DNA of 64,000 bases from a virus. Shown piece after piece: positions 46,810-56,400 of the stretch (position 1 is the stretch's first letter; every line of letters begins with the position of its first letter). The stretch spans positions 18,104 through 82,103 of the IMG/VR virus record IMGVR_UViG_3300043409_001427. The stretch is one strand, 5' to 3'. The notes under the pieces were generated by a model. The model was given only the letters and a program-made list of their open reading frames with translations, was not told the DNA's origin and did not search any database. The position numbers and the translations under genes are program-made.

Positions 46810-47289
46810 ATGACCATTCCATTAACGATAACTCAATGGGCCGAAGATCCTTCTCATATAGGTTGGGAAAACATAGAATTATTACCAAGTTCTACTTCGC
46901 AACCACTATTACATATTGCTAGAGAACCTAAAAACGATATTAAAATGAAAACCCATTTTGTATATGCCACGGGATTCGATTTTAAATATGTTCCTGAAAT
47001 TATTTCCGGAGTACAGTTTACACTGACCGTAGATAGAGGTGGACGCATATATGATGAAACTATACAATTAATGTATAATGGAAAATTAATTGGAGAGAAT
47101 AAAGCATCTCAATTCGTTGATCCAACACAAGTATACGGGGGTATTACAAATACATGGGCAGTACCCAACATCAGTAGGCAACTGGTTCAAGATACATCTT
47201 TTGGGATAGCACTAAGATTTAAAAGTCATCCTGCATGGCCTCATAAAACTACAGCTATTTTAAGGCTACTGGATCTACAGATATACTAA
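46810..47289 (+). CDS. Hypothetical late protein (beta-rich)
   Basis: 159 aa; TAAATA sits 4 nt upstream of the ATG. Confidence 0.65.
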   Translation: MTIPLTITQWAEDPSHIGWENIELLPSSTSQPLLHIAREPKNDIKMKTHFVYATGFDFKYVPEIISGVQFTLTVDRGGRIYDETIQLMYNGKLIGENKASQFVDPTQVYGGITNTWAVPNISRQLVQDTSFGIALRFKSHPAWPHKTTAILRLLDLQIY

Positions 47290-47319
47290 ACGAATAAATA
47301 CCCTAAAGGAAGCAAAATA

Positions 47320-50300
47320 ATGGCTGGAAGCAGAAACTCAGGAACAAGATCAATAGGACCAACAAGTGGAGTTATATCTTCTCCTAAGCCTTCTTCTCAA
47401 ATTGATCAACAGACTAGTAGCACCACTTTAAACTCTATAGTTATTGATGCTGATGGATTTTTAAGATTAGTTGCCGGCTCCTCAATCTACACTGTTATAC
47501 AAAATAATGATTTAAATGTAGGAAACGTTAATAATCCTACAGGCGCCGACTCCATTGCTCCGATTGATCAAACATTATATAGCACAACTGAAGAAAGACA
47601 GTTAGCCAGCGCATATTTTCCCGGCGGCATGGGCATTGAGAAAGACTTAGCAGTTGGCGGATTCATTTATGGTCGTATTGCTCAAGCCAATACTGCCACA
47701 ACTTCTTCAAACATCAGTGTGCTACAAACTAATGCTGACCTTGCGTACTACCCTGTATTCACCACCTCGGAAGGTTTGATTATACAAGGCGCTCAACTAT
47801 ACGGCGACCCTTTTAATCAAGATATTAGTACAGGTGGATTAACTTATAATCCTTTCTATGGAAAACTTTCAATAGAACGGGGAGAAGTCAAATCTGACGA
47901 AGTGTCAACTAGCCCAACAACTGGCGCATTTACAGTAACTGGCGGTGTTGGTATTTTAGGAGATGTGTACATTGGCGGCACTGCAACTGTTGAAGATGCT
48001 ACTAATTCAACCGCAATTGATACAGGCGCATTAGTTGTAACCGGCGGCGTTGGTATTGGAAAAGATCTCAATGTAGGCGGTAACATTTATCCTGCAGAAG
48101 TTAATACTGGAACTATCGGTGCTCAAGATCTTGAATGGGCCGATGCATACTTAAACAAAGTATATACTAAATTTTTAGGAAGTACTGCTAGTAATTTAAC
48201 TATTGCTCCTGGTGGTGGAATGACTGATGTGTTTGGCGACATTAGAGTTCGTGGACAAAATCCAATCGGTACTGCTCCGGTTATTACCAATGTACTATAT
48301 GTTACCATGGATGGTAACGATACCAATGACGGCCGTGCTCAAGATCCTAGCCGTGCTTGTCGAACTATCGGCGGAGCAATCAACAGCCCATACTATCAAC
48401 CAGGAACACAAATCCAAGTTAGCCCTGGCCGATATTTAGAAAACAATCCTCTTGATATGAGCCCCTATACTTCTGTAAGAGGAAGCGATATTCGTACAAC
48501 ATTTATTGAACCAATCAATAAAACACAAGACTTATTCCACATGAATAGTGGATGTTATCTTAACTACATGAATTTCTTAAACGGTCGAAGCGGTCGGTTG
48601 CCCGGGGCATACCAACAGAAATTTAATAGAGGTGCGTATGCTACATCGTTTCCTCCACAAGTGGGCGATAGCAAAATTGATTTATTTCAATCTCCATATG
48701 TTCAAAACTGTACTAATCAAAGCGGTCCGTGGCTGAATGATGGTACAATGTTTGTACCAAATCAAACAGTGCAAGTACCGGCGGCAGTTGGCATGGGTTC
48801 GTGGGAAGCAAACACCACTACCATAACTGTTAGTGTGTCTACAGGAACAATTAGTATTGGACACAGCATCAATGCAGGAAAACAAAATCCCGGATTCTTT
48901 AACGGTCGTACATTGTTGTTAGCCAACAAGCCATTTATACAAAGTCAAACAGTTGCCTGGGTAGATGCAACATTTAATAGCGGATCGTTTACCTACAATC
49001 AATTAAAGTGTTCACGAGATACCGGCCTAGTAGTTAACGCTATTGCCATGGACTTACTACAGGACAGTACCAGTGATAGCCAGTTTGCAGGAATACAATA
49101 TTGGAATCAAGATACCTATACTGGTGAAATTCCTAGCGAAATAACTGCAACAATTGCCGCAATAACATTCTTAAAAAGTATTTCTATTGTTAGTTCTCCA
49201 ACAAATCAATCTACGGTTGATACATTATATGATAAAATTATAGATATACTAAATGTTGGTACGCTAGGTATAACAGATGATTTATCTTATGGCGGATTGC
49301 CATCAACTGATCCGGATGTAATTGCAGACTATCAATATCTACAAGATAACAAAACCACTTTACAAGAAACAGTTATTGATTGGATCACTAGTAACTATCC
49401 ATCATTAGTTTATAGTCAAGAACTTTGTTATAGAGATGTAGGATACATAGTTGACAGTGTCTGCTTTGACTTACTACACGGTGGTAACATACAAAGTATT
49501 AAGAGTGGTGTTTACTATTATAACTACTCTAACACTTCAGCATTAGAAGCAACAAACGAAGTCCCGGCAACTACTGCTGCCTACAATTTTATGAAGAGTA
49601 TTATCTCTAATATCATTGAAGCTAAAGTAATTGCAAATCCGTATCAAGTATCCGTTACTCAGGTAACAGGATTAGATGCAGGCACCGCAAGACAATCTAC
49701 TACTGTTAAAGGATTGATTGATACCATTACAGGAATCATTCGTAACGGTCCAGAATGGGCGGGACCAAAGACACCTATTAACTTAACCACAAACGAAAGT
49801 GTAGGTATAATCAATGCTTACAATCTTTTAATTGCTAATATTCCTTTTATTCAAGCAGAAGTAATTGCGTTTATTGATCAAACAATGAATTCCTTTGAAT
49901 ATAATAGGCAGCTATGCTATAGAGATGCCGGTATCATACTAGAGAATTTAGTATATGATGCTGTGTTTGGTGGTAATGAAAAGAGTGTTGAGAGCGGTAA
50001 AGCATATTACCGTGGAGTAACTAGTGTTATTGCTGGACAAGAAACACAGACGATTGGCGCGATAGATCATATTGTTGACTTATGTGAAAAAATATTAATA
50101 AATGAGGTATGTGATGTTATTTCACCACCCGCAAACATTCCATCAAACAGTCAGGTAATTAATACTAATTTATCTGGCGGCGAAATTATAATTCCAAGTT
50201 TAGAAAAATTAGCCAACATTACAACTAACATTATTCTTAACGGCCCAGACACGGCGCCTGAATTGTATAATGGTCCTGGCCCTGACTCAGCATTCGTAAG

Positions 50301-53300
50301 CGCAGAAATATTGTTACAGGCTAATCGTAAGTTTATTCAAGAAGCTACTATTGATTATATTAATTACAATCTGTGCTTTCCTCCTAAAACATTACCATAT
50401 AATCAAATAAAATGTAAAAGAGATGCAGGTATTATAGTTGACTGTATTGCGGCTGACTTATTATTTCCAACCCCAAGCAACAGTCAAAGTACTTTTGCTG
50501 GAGTACAATATTTTAACCGAACCGGATACACCGGTGCTATTAAAGAACAATTAGGCCCAACTATTGATGCAGTTACATACTTGAGAGACCTAAGTGTTAA
50601 AGTTGTTCAAAATATTACAACTGCAACTGACACTATATTAGGTGTAACTCGTTATACAGATGCTGTGCAAACTACAGCTTCAAATTATGCCACTGCTTCC
50701 GAAGTTGCAACAATCCGTTCAGAATTTGGAATAATACTAACAATATTAAATGGTAGAACCACGGGCTGGTCCGATGAAATTATTCCAAATGGCGGAACAA
50801 TTAGCCCATTCCCTAGTGTGCAGAACACTGTTGACTTATTACAAAATAATATTGATTATCTATCGGAAGAAGTTGTTGCCTATGTTAATGCAACCAATCC
50901 GGGATTCACTTACTCAACAAGTACCTGTGCTAGAGACATTGGATATATTATTGATAGCGTTAGTTTTGATTTGTTGTATAGCGGCAATCGCCAAGCAATA
51001 CAATCTGGTTTAAGTTACTATCAAAGTATTGGTGCAGAAACAGTTATACCCGGCGAAGTACCACAAACCGTAGATGCATTTACATTTATTGGTACACTAA
51101 CATCAATGTTGATCCAAGGCGAAACTTACTATCCTCGACAAACTAAAGTAAAACCTGTACTAGGGTTAGCCCTAGGTGATAGTATTGCTGCCGAGGCAGT
51201 AACTACCATTATTAGCACTATTACAAATATTATTAGCAACGGTCCTACGGTGGCCGCAACATTAGTTCCTATTTCATTAATACAAGATACTTCTACAAGC
51301 ACAGTTAATGCTTATACTATTCTTGTTGCAAACAAAAACTTTATTGCCGCAGAAACAATAAAATATCTAGACGAAACTTACAATGCTGATAGCTTTACCT
51401 ATGATCAAGAATTATGCTATAGAGATACTGGACTGATTATCGATGCAGTAAGCCAAGACATATTATTAGGTGGTAATCAAAAGAGTAGAGAAGCGGGATT
51501 AAGTTACTGGAACCAAGGTTACAACTATGTATCGGGCCAGTTAACTACTACTACTGCGGCAATTAATTATGTTAGAGATTTAGCCCTACAAGTTATTGCC
51601 AACACTACAGTGACAACAGTTACCGGTACTGTAACAACTCAAGTTATTAATCCGTTTTACCAATACGGCGGCGACTATATGCCGCAAGAAGCCGTTATGA
51701 GAAACTTTAATATCATTACTGATATTATCAATAACGGCGCTGAAGCCGCTCCCCCGATTTATGCAGGCGGCGGATTGTTTATCCTGACAGGACTAAATGG
51801 TTCTGCTGTAAAGATCGCACCAACAGTTACTTCTATAACCGAAGTAGATACTAATGTTTACGAAATAGGACTAGACACTTCTACAATTGGCTACGGCGCA
51901 GACGCAACATTATACTTTGGTGATACTGCAATTTTTCCAGCACAATCATCTCAAGTAGAGGACAAGAGTTTAGAATACACAGGTAGCACAAGCACCTGGA
52001 ACGAACGAAAAATTGACTCAATAGGTGCAATTGGCGGCAGTTTAGTTGATGGTGGAGTTATCAGTGACCGAAGCCCAATTCAATCATTTGTTTATGATGC
52101 GTATACTCAATTAAACCAAGGCGGCATTGGTGTTAAAGTTACAAACAACGGATACGCACAGCTAGTTTCTGTGTTTACTATTTTCTGTGATGTTGGTGTT
52201 CTATGTGACAACGGTGGTATTGCTTCTATTACTAACTCCAATTGTAACTTTGGCAATATATCATTGTTGGCAAAGGGGTATGGTGGCCGTAGCTTTAGTG
52301 GTACAGTGGTCAACCCTCCTTACAGATCATATCCATTTAGCCCAGACGGCGAAGGATTACCATATCTTGATCAATTCTATCCAGACGGGTACTGGCCAAA
52401 CCAAGGCGGCCGAGTAGAAATATTTGTACCTGATACTGCCAATAGGCCACACATTGGTCTAGTAATGGAAGTTGAGGCTCCACAGGGACACAAGAACGAA
52501 CAGGGATTTGACGGGTTCTTAAATATCTATCCAAGTACAAGTACCTTGACTACTGGTACAATTACTTTAACCGGAATTAGTACTAATGATGTGTTTATTG
52601 GTAACAATCTTTATATTAGAGATCAATTTGGTCGTCAATTTGACGACAACGGAGTTTGGTATGCAGGAACCGGCACAGTTGTAACTGATGTTGGCTATAA
52701 CAGCATCAGTCTTAATCAAGCGTTAGGCAGCGGCGGCGGTGACCCAACCAATCCAACTTACTTCACATTATATTTCTGTGGAAATAGTTATTATACTGTG
52801 CAGACAAGTGTGGTAGCCAATCAACCATATGCACCAAACAATAATATTTTAAGTGCAAACACTGATCCGTTTTATCAAGGACCTACCGTTAATCAAATTT
52901 CCGCACATATTTCTTCACTGGAGTATTTAAATACTGTCGTAGACAATGTAATTGCTAACCTTACAGTTTCCCCAACCGCGGGAAATACAGCGACACAGGT
53001 CATAAATCAGTCAGTTATCGGTGGCGCAAGTGCTCAAGCATTTATTGATTTAAGATTTGGTTACATAATTGATATTGTAGGTGCAGCCAACATTACTGCG
53101 GCGCAACAGGTAGTTCCACAGAGTCAAATTACAACAGTAGGCACGATTCCTGCAGGTGCAGGTAGCGCAGTTATTTTGATAGTAGAAAATATAGAATTTA
53201 TAGCAGAAGAAATTGCTGCCTATGTTGATGTTAATCTATTAGGTGGAATTGTAAGTTACGATAAATCTAAATGTGTAAGAGATGTAAAACTAATTTTACA

Positions 53301-53739
53301 ACAACTAATTTATGATTTACAAACCGGCGGAAATTATAACAGCGTGTATAGTGGATTAAGTTACTGGTCTCGTACAGGCTCGTATCACATTGTTGAACTA
53401 GGTGAAGCAGTTAACAGACCAGACTTATTTCCAGACGGATCAGTTGTTAATTTCTATCAACGAAGTTACATAAGCGCATCTGGTTACCTATTTGAATATG
53501 TTGGCGCCGGAACAAACTACGGAGCACTTCCTCAACGAGGTGTTGCGGATCCTGTACAGAGCCAAGAAACTGTTCAGCTTAATGCTGGTAAGGTGTTCTT
53601 TACCAGTACAGATCAAAACGGTGACTTCCGTATTGGTCCGGGATTAGTAATAAGTCAAGCTACGGGTGTTCTAAGTGGTAGAACATTTGTCCAATCATTA
53701 TACGCAAATATGACCCCATTCATATTAGCAATTGAATAA
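47320..53739 (+). CDS. 2139-aa putative virion protein: fibre repeats, split pectin-lyase-like beta-helix and seven phycobiliprotein-like CxRD repeats
   Basis: GAL.V.GGVGI repeats, VLYV..DGND.NDG...A..TI..A, SPYVQNCT and DAYTQ.NQGG.G....N.GYAQLVS.FT. CxRD repeats have Cys at residues 564, 703, 866, 1032, 1203, 1366 and 1985. Confidence 0.8.
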   Translation: MAGSRNSGTRSIGPTSGVISSPKPSSQIDQQTSSTTLNSIVIDADGFLRLVAGSSIYTVIQNNDLNVGNVNNPTGADSIAPIDQTLYSTTEERQLASAYFPGGMGIEKDLAVGGFIYGRIAQANTATTSSNISVLQTNADLAYYPVFTTSEGLIIQGAQLYGDPFNQDISTGGLTYNPFYGKLSIERGEVKSDEVSTSPTTGAFTVTGGVGILGDVYIGGTATVEDATNSTAIDTGALVVTGGVGIGKDLNVGGNIYPAEVNTGTIGAQDLEWADAYLNKVYTKFLGSTASNLTIAPGGGMTDVFGDIRVRGQNPIGTAPVITNVLYVTMDGNDTNDGRAQDPSRACRTIGGAINSPYYQPGTQIQVSPGRYLENNPLDMSPYTSVRGSDIRTTFIEPINKTQDLFHMNSGCYLNYMNFLNGRSGRLPGAYQQKFNRGAYATSFPPQVGDSKIDLFQSPYVQNCTNQSGPWLNDGTMFVPNQTVQVPAAVGMGSWEANTTTITVSVSTGTISIGHSINAGKQNPGFFNGRTLLLANKPFIQSQTVAWVDATFNSGSFTYNQLKCSRDTGLVVNAIAMDLLQDSTSDSQFAGIQYWNQDTYTGEIPSEITATIAAITFLKSISIVSSPTNQSTVDTLYDKIIDILNVGTLGITDDLSYGGLPSTDPDVIADYQYLQDNKTTLQETVIDWITSNYPSLVYSQELCYRDVGYIVDSVCFDLLHGGNIQSIKSGVYYYNYSNTSALEATNEVPATTAAYNFMKSIISNIIEAKVIANPYQVSVTQVTGLDAGTARQSTTVKGLIDTITGIIRNGPEWAGPKTPINLTTNESVGIINAYNLLIANIPFIQAEVIAFIDQTMNSFEYNRQLCYRDAGIILENLVYDAVFGGNEKSVESGKAYYRGVTSVIAGQETQTIGAIDHIVDLCEKILINEVCDVISPPANIPSNSQVINTNLSGGEIIIPSLEKLANITTNIILNGPDTAPELYNGPGPDSAFVSAEILLQANRKFIQEATIDYINYNLCFPPKTLPYNQIKCKRDAGIIVDCIAADLLFPTPSNSQSTFAGVQYFNRTGYTGAIKEQLGPTIDAVTYLRDLSVKVVQNITTATDTILGVTRYTDAVQTTASNYATASEVATIRSEFGIILTILNGRTTGWSDEIIPNGGTISPFPSVQNTVDLLQNNIDYLSEEVVAYVNATNPGFTYSTSTCARDIGYIIDSVSFDLLYSGNRQAIQSGLSYYQSIGAETVIPGEVPQTVDAFTFIGTLTSMLIQGETYYPRQTKVKPVLGLALGDSIAAEAVTTIISTITNIISNGPTVAATLVPISLIQDTSTSTVNAYTILVANKNFIAAETIKYLDETYNADSFTYDQELCYRDTGLIIDAVSQDILLGGNQKSREAGLSYWNQGYNYVSGQLTTTTAAINYVRDLALQVIANTTVTTVTGTVTTQVINPFYQYGGDYMPQEAVMRNFNIITDIINNGAEAAPPIYAGGGLFILTGLNGSAVKIAPTVTSITEVDTNVYEIGLDTSTIGYGADATLYFGDTAIFPAQSSQVEDKSLEYTGSTSTWNERKIDSIGAIGGSLVDGGVISDRSPIQSFVYDAYTQLNQGGIGVKVTNNGYAQLVSVFTIFCDVGVLCDNGGIASITNSNCNFGNISLLAKGYGGRSFSGTVVNPPYRSYPFSPDGEGLPYLDQFYPDGYWPNQGGRVEIFVPDTANRPHIGLVMEVEAPQGHKNEQGFDGFLNIYPSTSTLTTGTITLTGISTNDVFIGNNLYIRDQFGRQFDDNGVWYAGTGTVVTDVGYNSISLNQALGSGGGDPTNPTYFTLYFCGNSYYTVQTSVVANQPYAPNNNILSANTDPFYQGPTVNQISAHISSLEYLNTVVDNVIANLTVSPTAGNTATQVINQSVIGGASAQAFIDLRFGYIIDIVGAANITAAQQVVPQSQITTVGTIPAGAGSAVILIVENIEFIAEEIAAYVDVNLLGGIVSYDKSKCVRDVKLILQQLIYDLQTGGNYNSVYSGLSYWSRTGSYHIVELGEAVNRPDLFPDGSVVNFYQRSYISASGYLFEYVGAGTNYGALPQRGVADPVQSQETVQLNAGKVFFTSTDQNGDFRIGPGLVISQATGVLSGRTFVQSLYANMTPFILAIE

Positions 53740-53750
53740 CAGGAAAGAAT

Positions 53751-54134
53751 ATGGCACAGTTACCATTAAACAAGTTTTTAACTAAGACAGCAGTGTTGAG
53801 TACCAGCACTACTACCAATGTCTACACAAGTCCAATTGGAATAACTTCAATTGTATTGATGTCGCAGGTAGCAAACCTTACAACCGAAACACAATATGTA
53901 AGTTTTCAACATTTTAGATATAAGACAGTATTGCCCGACGCCCAGGGATTTGGCGGACAAACAGGAAATACTCCAAGTACCTTAGTTAAAGAATACGCAA
54001 TTCCTGCAAATGATGCCGGAACCCCACTAACCGGAAAATTAATTATTGAAGAATTAGATGGTGTCCGTGCGTATGCGACGAATTCAGGAACAATGCAGTT
54101 AATACTGAGTATTCTACAAACAGCTAATTCATAA
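53751..54134 (+). CDS. Small putative virion structural protein
   Basis: LPLNKF.T, YT.P.G..SIVL..QVAN and IP.ND.....GKL..E..D; a beta-sandwich-type partner that follows the large structural gene. Confidence 0.65.
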   Translation: MAQLPLNKFLTKTAVLSTSTTTNVYTSPIGITSIVLMSQVANLTTETQYVSFQHFRYKTVLPDAQGFGGQTGNTPSTLVKEYAIPANDAGTPLTGKLIIEELDGVRAYATNSGTMQLILSILQTANS

Positions 54135-54155
54135 ACACAAACAGGATAATATATA

Positions 54156-55178
54156 ATGCCAGGATTATTAAGCGGATCAATGTTAAGGACAGGTGGCAGC
54201 GGGCAGTTTATTAAACTGCAAGATGCTATGCCACAGCTACCTGCAAGCCCTAGCACCAGCACAGGTTATTCTATCATCACTAGCGACAAGTTAGTAACTA
54301 CCTATGCCAGTAGTTTAGGAAACATTGAGTTTAGTTCTGCTACTGTTTACAGCAACAACGGGCAAAACATACAGATAATTGCAACCGGTACGACAACCTC
54401 AATTGTTGTACGAGGCAGTGTAGCCGCAATAAGCACCAACACAGGAGCGTTAGTTGTTCAGGGCGGGGTTGGCATGAGCGGAGACCTTTATGTTGGGGGC
54501 ACTTTCACTGCAACAACTTCTTCTGTAGTAACTTTGAATGTTGCTAATACCGCAACCGTTTATGGTGATTTGTTCGTTGAAGGTAGATTTACTGCTTCAA
54601 CTTCTACAATACTAACTTTAAAAGTTATAGGAACCGAAACTTCTATCTCAACAAATACCGGCGCCCTGCAAGTCGTTGGAGGGGTGGGCATTGCTAAAAA
54701 TTTATTCGTTGAAAGTACAGCTACATTTAATACCGATGCCCTTGTTAATAACAATTTAACCGTTAAGGAAAATTTTACCGTTGACGGAAATGGTAATGTT
54801 TATCTAGTACCGGATGCGGCAGATGTAGTACTTCAACCTACACTAGGTGGAAAGGTAACTATTTGGCCGTCTGCTACTGGTAACATAGATAATATGGTTA
54901 TTGGCGACAATGATGCAAGAGACGGATATTTTGATACCCTCTATGCAGAGAACCTAACAGTTACAAATACCGCATGGGTAGGTGGTAGTGTTTACAGTCA
55001 AGAAGGCATTCTTGCTGAAGATAACTTATTATACACACCTCGATCAACATTATCAATCGGCTCACCGCCCGCTGATCCAAGATTAGGAGATTTTTGGATA
55101 GATCCTGGCCAAGGCGCAACCTTTCAATATATATTAGATGATGTAAATAAGGTATGGATACAATTTACAGGACTATAA
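54156..55178 (+). CDS. Fibre-like structural protein
   Basis: Two STNTGAL.V.GGVG...L.V repeats; C-terminal PP..P..GDFWID...WIQ. Confidence 0.7.
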   Translation: MPGLLSGSMLRTGGSGQFIKLQDAMPQLPASPSTSTGYSIITSDKLVTTYASSLGNIEFSSATVYSNNGQNIQIIATGTTTSIVVRGSVAAISTNTGALVVQGGVGMSGDLYVGGTFTATTSSVVTLNVANTATVYGDLFVEGRFTASTSTILTLKVIGTETSISTNTGALQVVGGVGIAKNLFVESTATFNTDALVNNNLTVKENFTVDGNGNVYLVPDAADVVLQPTLGGKVTIWPSATGNIDNMVIGDNDARDGYFDTLYAENLTVTNTAWVGGSVYSQEGILAEDNLLYTPRSTLSIGSPPADPRLGDFWIDPGQGATFQYILDDVNKVWIQFTGL

Positions 55179-55187
55179 GAGTATAAT

Positions 55188-56381
55188 ATGGCTTCAATTT
55201 TTCCAACATACACCACCGGTACTAACACAGGAACCAATTATACCATAGGTACCACAACATACCAGTGGACTGGATATGCTTGGATTAAGGTTTCGGAAAC
55301 AGCGCAACTAGAAACTCTCACATTAAAGAATTTAACAGCTACAAATACCATAGTAGTAACATCAACTACTAATGCAATTTCCACGGTAACTGGTGCTTTT
55401 CAAGTAGCAGGGGGAGCTGGCATTGGGCGAGATTTGTGGATAGGTGGTAAGGTTGTTATTGCTAACACATCAACAATAGACAACGCAGACATAGTTACTA
55501 CTGCTACCCTTGCCCAATATATACTCCCGTCAATTTTTGTTGCCGGCACCGGCACAACGATCACTACTTCTACTGCCAACTACCGAGAAACGATAACAAT
55601 CTGGAGCACTAGTACATTACAGACCGTAACAGATAGCGGAAATTCAACCACTAATCAACTACTATTTTTAAACGCCACTAGTGCAACCAACACAGTTTCT
55701 GGAGCATTGATTGTTACTGGAGGTGTTGCAATAGGTGGCGATCTTTATTTAGGTGGTACAATTTATAGTGCAGGTGTACCGGTAATTACCACTACCACAA
55801 TTGTGGATTATTTTGCAGCCGGAGACGATATACAGATCATATCAACAGCATCGTTTACCGGACAAGTGTTGCTGATCACTAATACTAGTACTTTACAAAC
55901 TGTAACAACTCGCGGCTCTACAACTACCAATGCCGTACACTTTACAAACACCACAGAATCTACATCAAGTAGCACAGGAGCGGTGATAATCGGCGGTGGA
56001 TTGGGCGTGGCTAAACGAATTAATTCTGAAAGCCTGCAAATTGCAGACACCGTGATGGATTCTGGACTAATTTTGGTAAATACGACAGCAACCTATGTAG
56101 TAGATTATTACCCTATTGGGCAGTATAGATCGGCAAAATATCTAATACAGATAGAAGATGGGAGTGGGATTTCGGCCAATTTTGAAACTATTGAGATTTT
56201 ATTATTAGTAGATAACGCACAAACGGTATACGCAACAGAATACGCTGTTCTTTCGTCCAATGGAGAATTGGGAGAATTTGCGGCAGATGTACAAGGAGAT
56301 GATGTGGTTAGACTTTATTTTACACCTTTCCAGGCGTCAAGTAAAATCTTAAAAATCTTCAGAACAGGAATGGTAGCATAA
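55188..56381 (+). CDS. Fibre-like structural protein
   Basis: N-terminal YQWTG.AW, GA..V.GG.GI repeats, TLQTVT..G..TTN repeats and a C-terminal YRSAKYLIQI domain. Confidence 0.72.
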   Translation: MASIFPTYTTGTNTGTNYTIGTTTYQWTGYAWIKVSETAQLETLTLKNLTATNTIVVTSTTNAISTVTGAFQVAGGAGIGRDLWIGGKVVIANTSTIDNADIVTTATLAQYILPSIFVAGTGTTITTSTANYRETITIWSTSTLQTVTDSGNSTTNQLLFLNATSATNTVSGALIVTGGVAIGGDLYLGGTIYSAGVPVITTTTIVDYFAAGDDIQIISTASFTGQVLLITNTSTLQTVTTRGSTTTNAVHFTNTTESTSSSTGAVIIGGGLGVAKRINSESLQIADTVMDSGLILVNTTATYVVDYYPIGQYRSAKYLIQIEDGSGISANFETIEILLLVDNAQTVYATEYAVLSSNGELGEFAADVQGDDVVRLYFTPFQASSKILKIFRTGMVA

Positions 56382-56400
56382 CAAAGGACATTACACTAAA

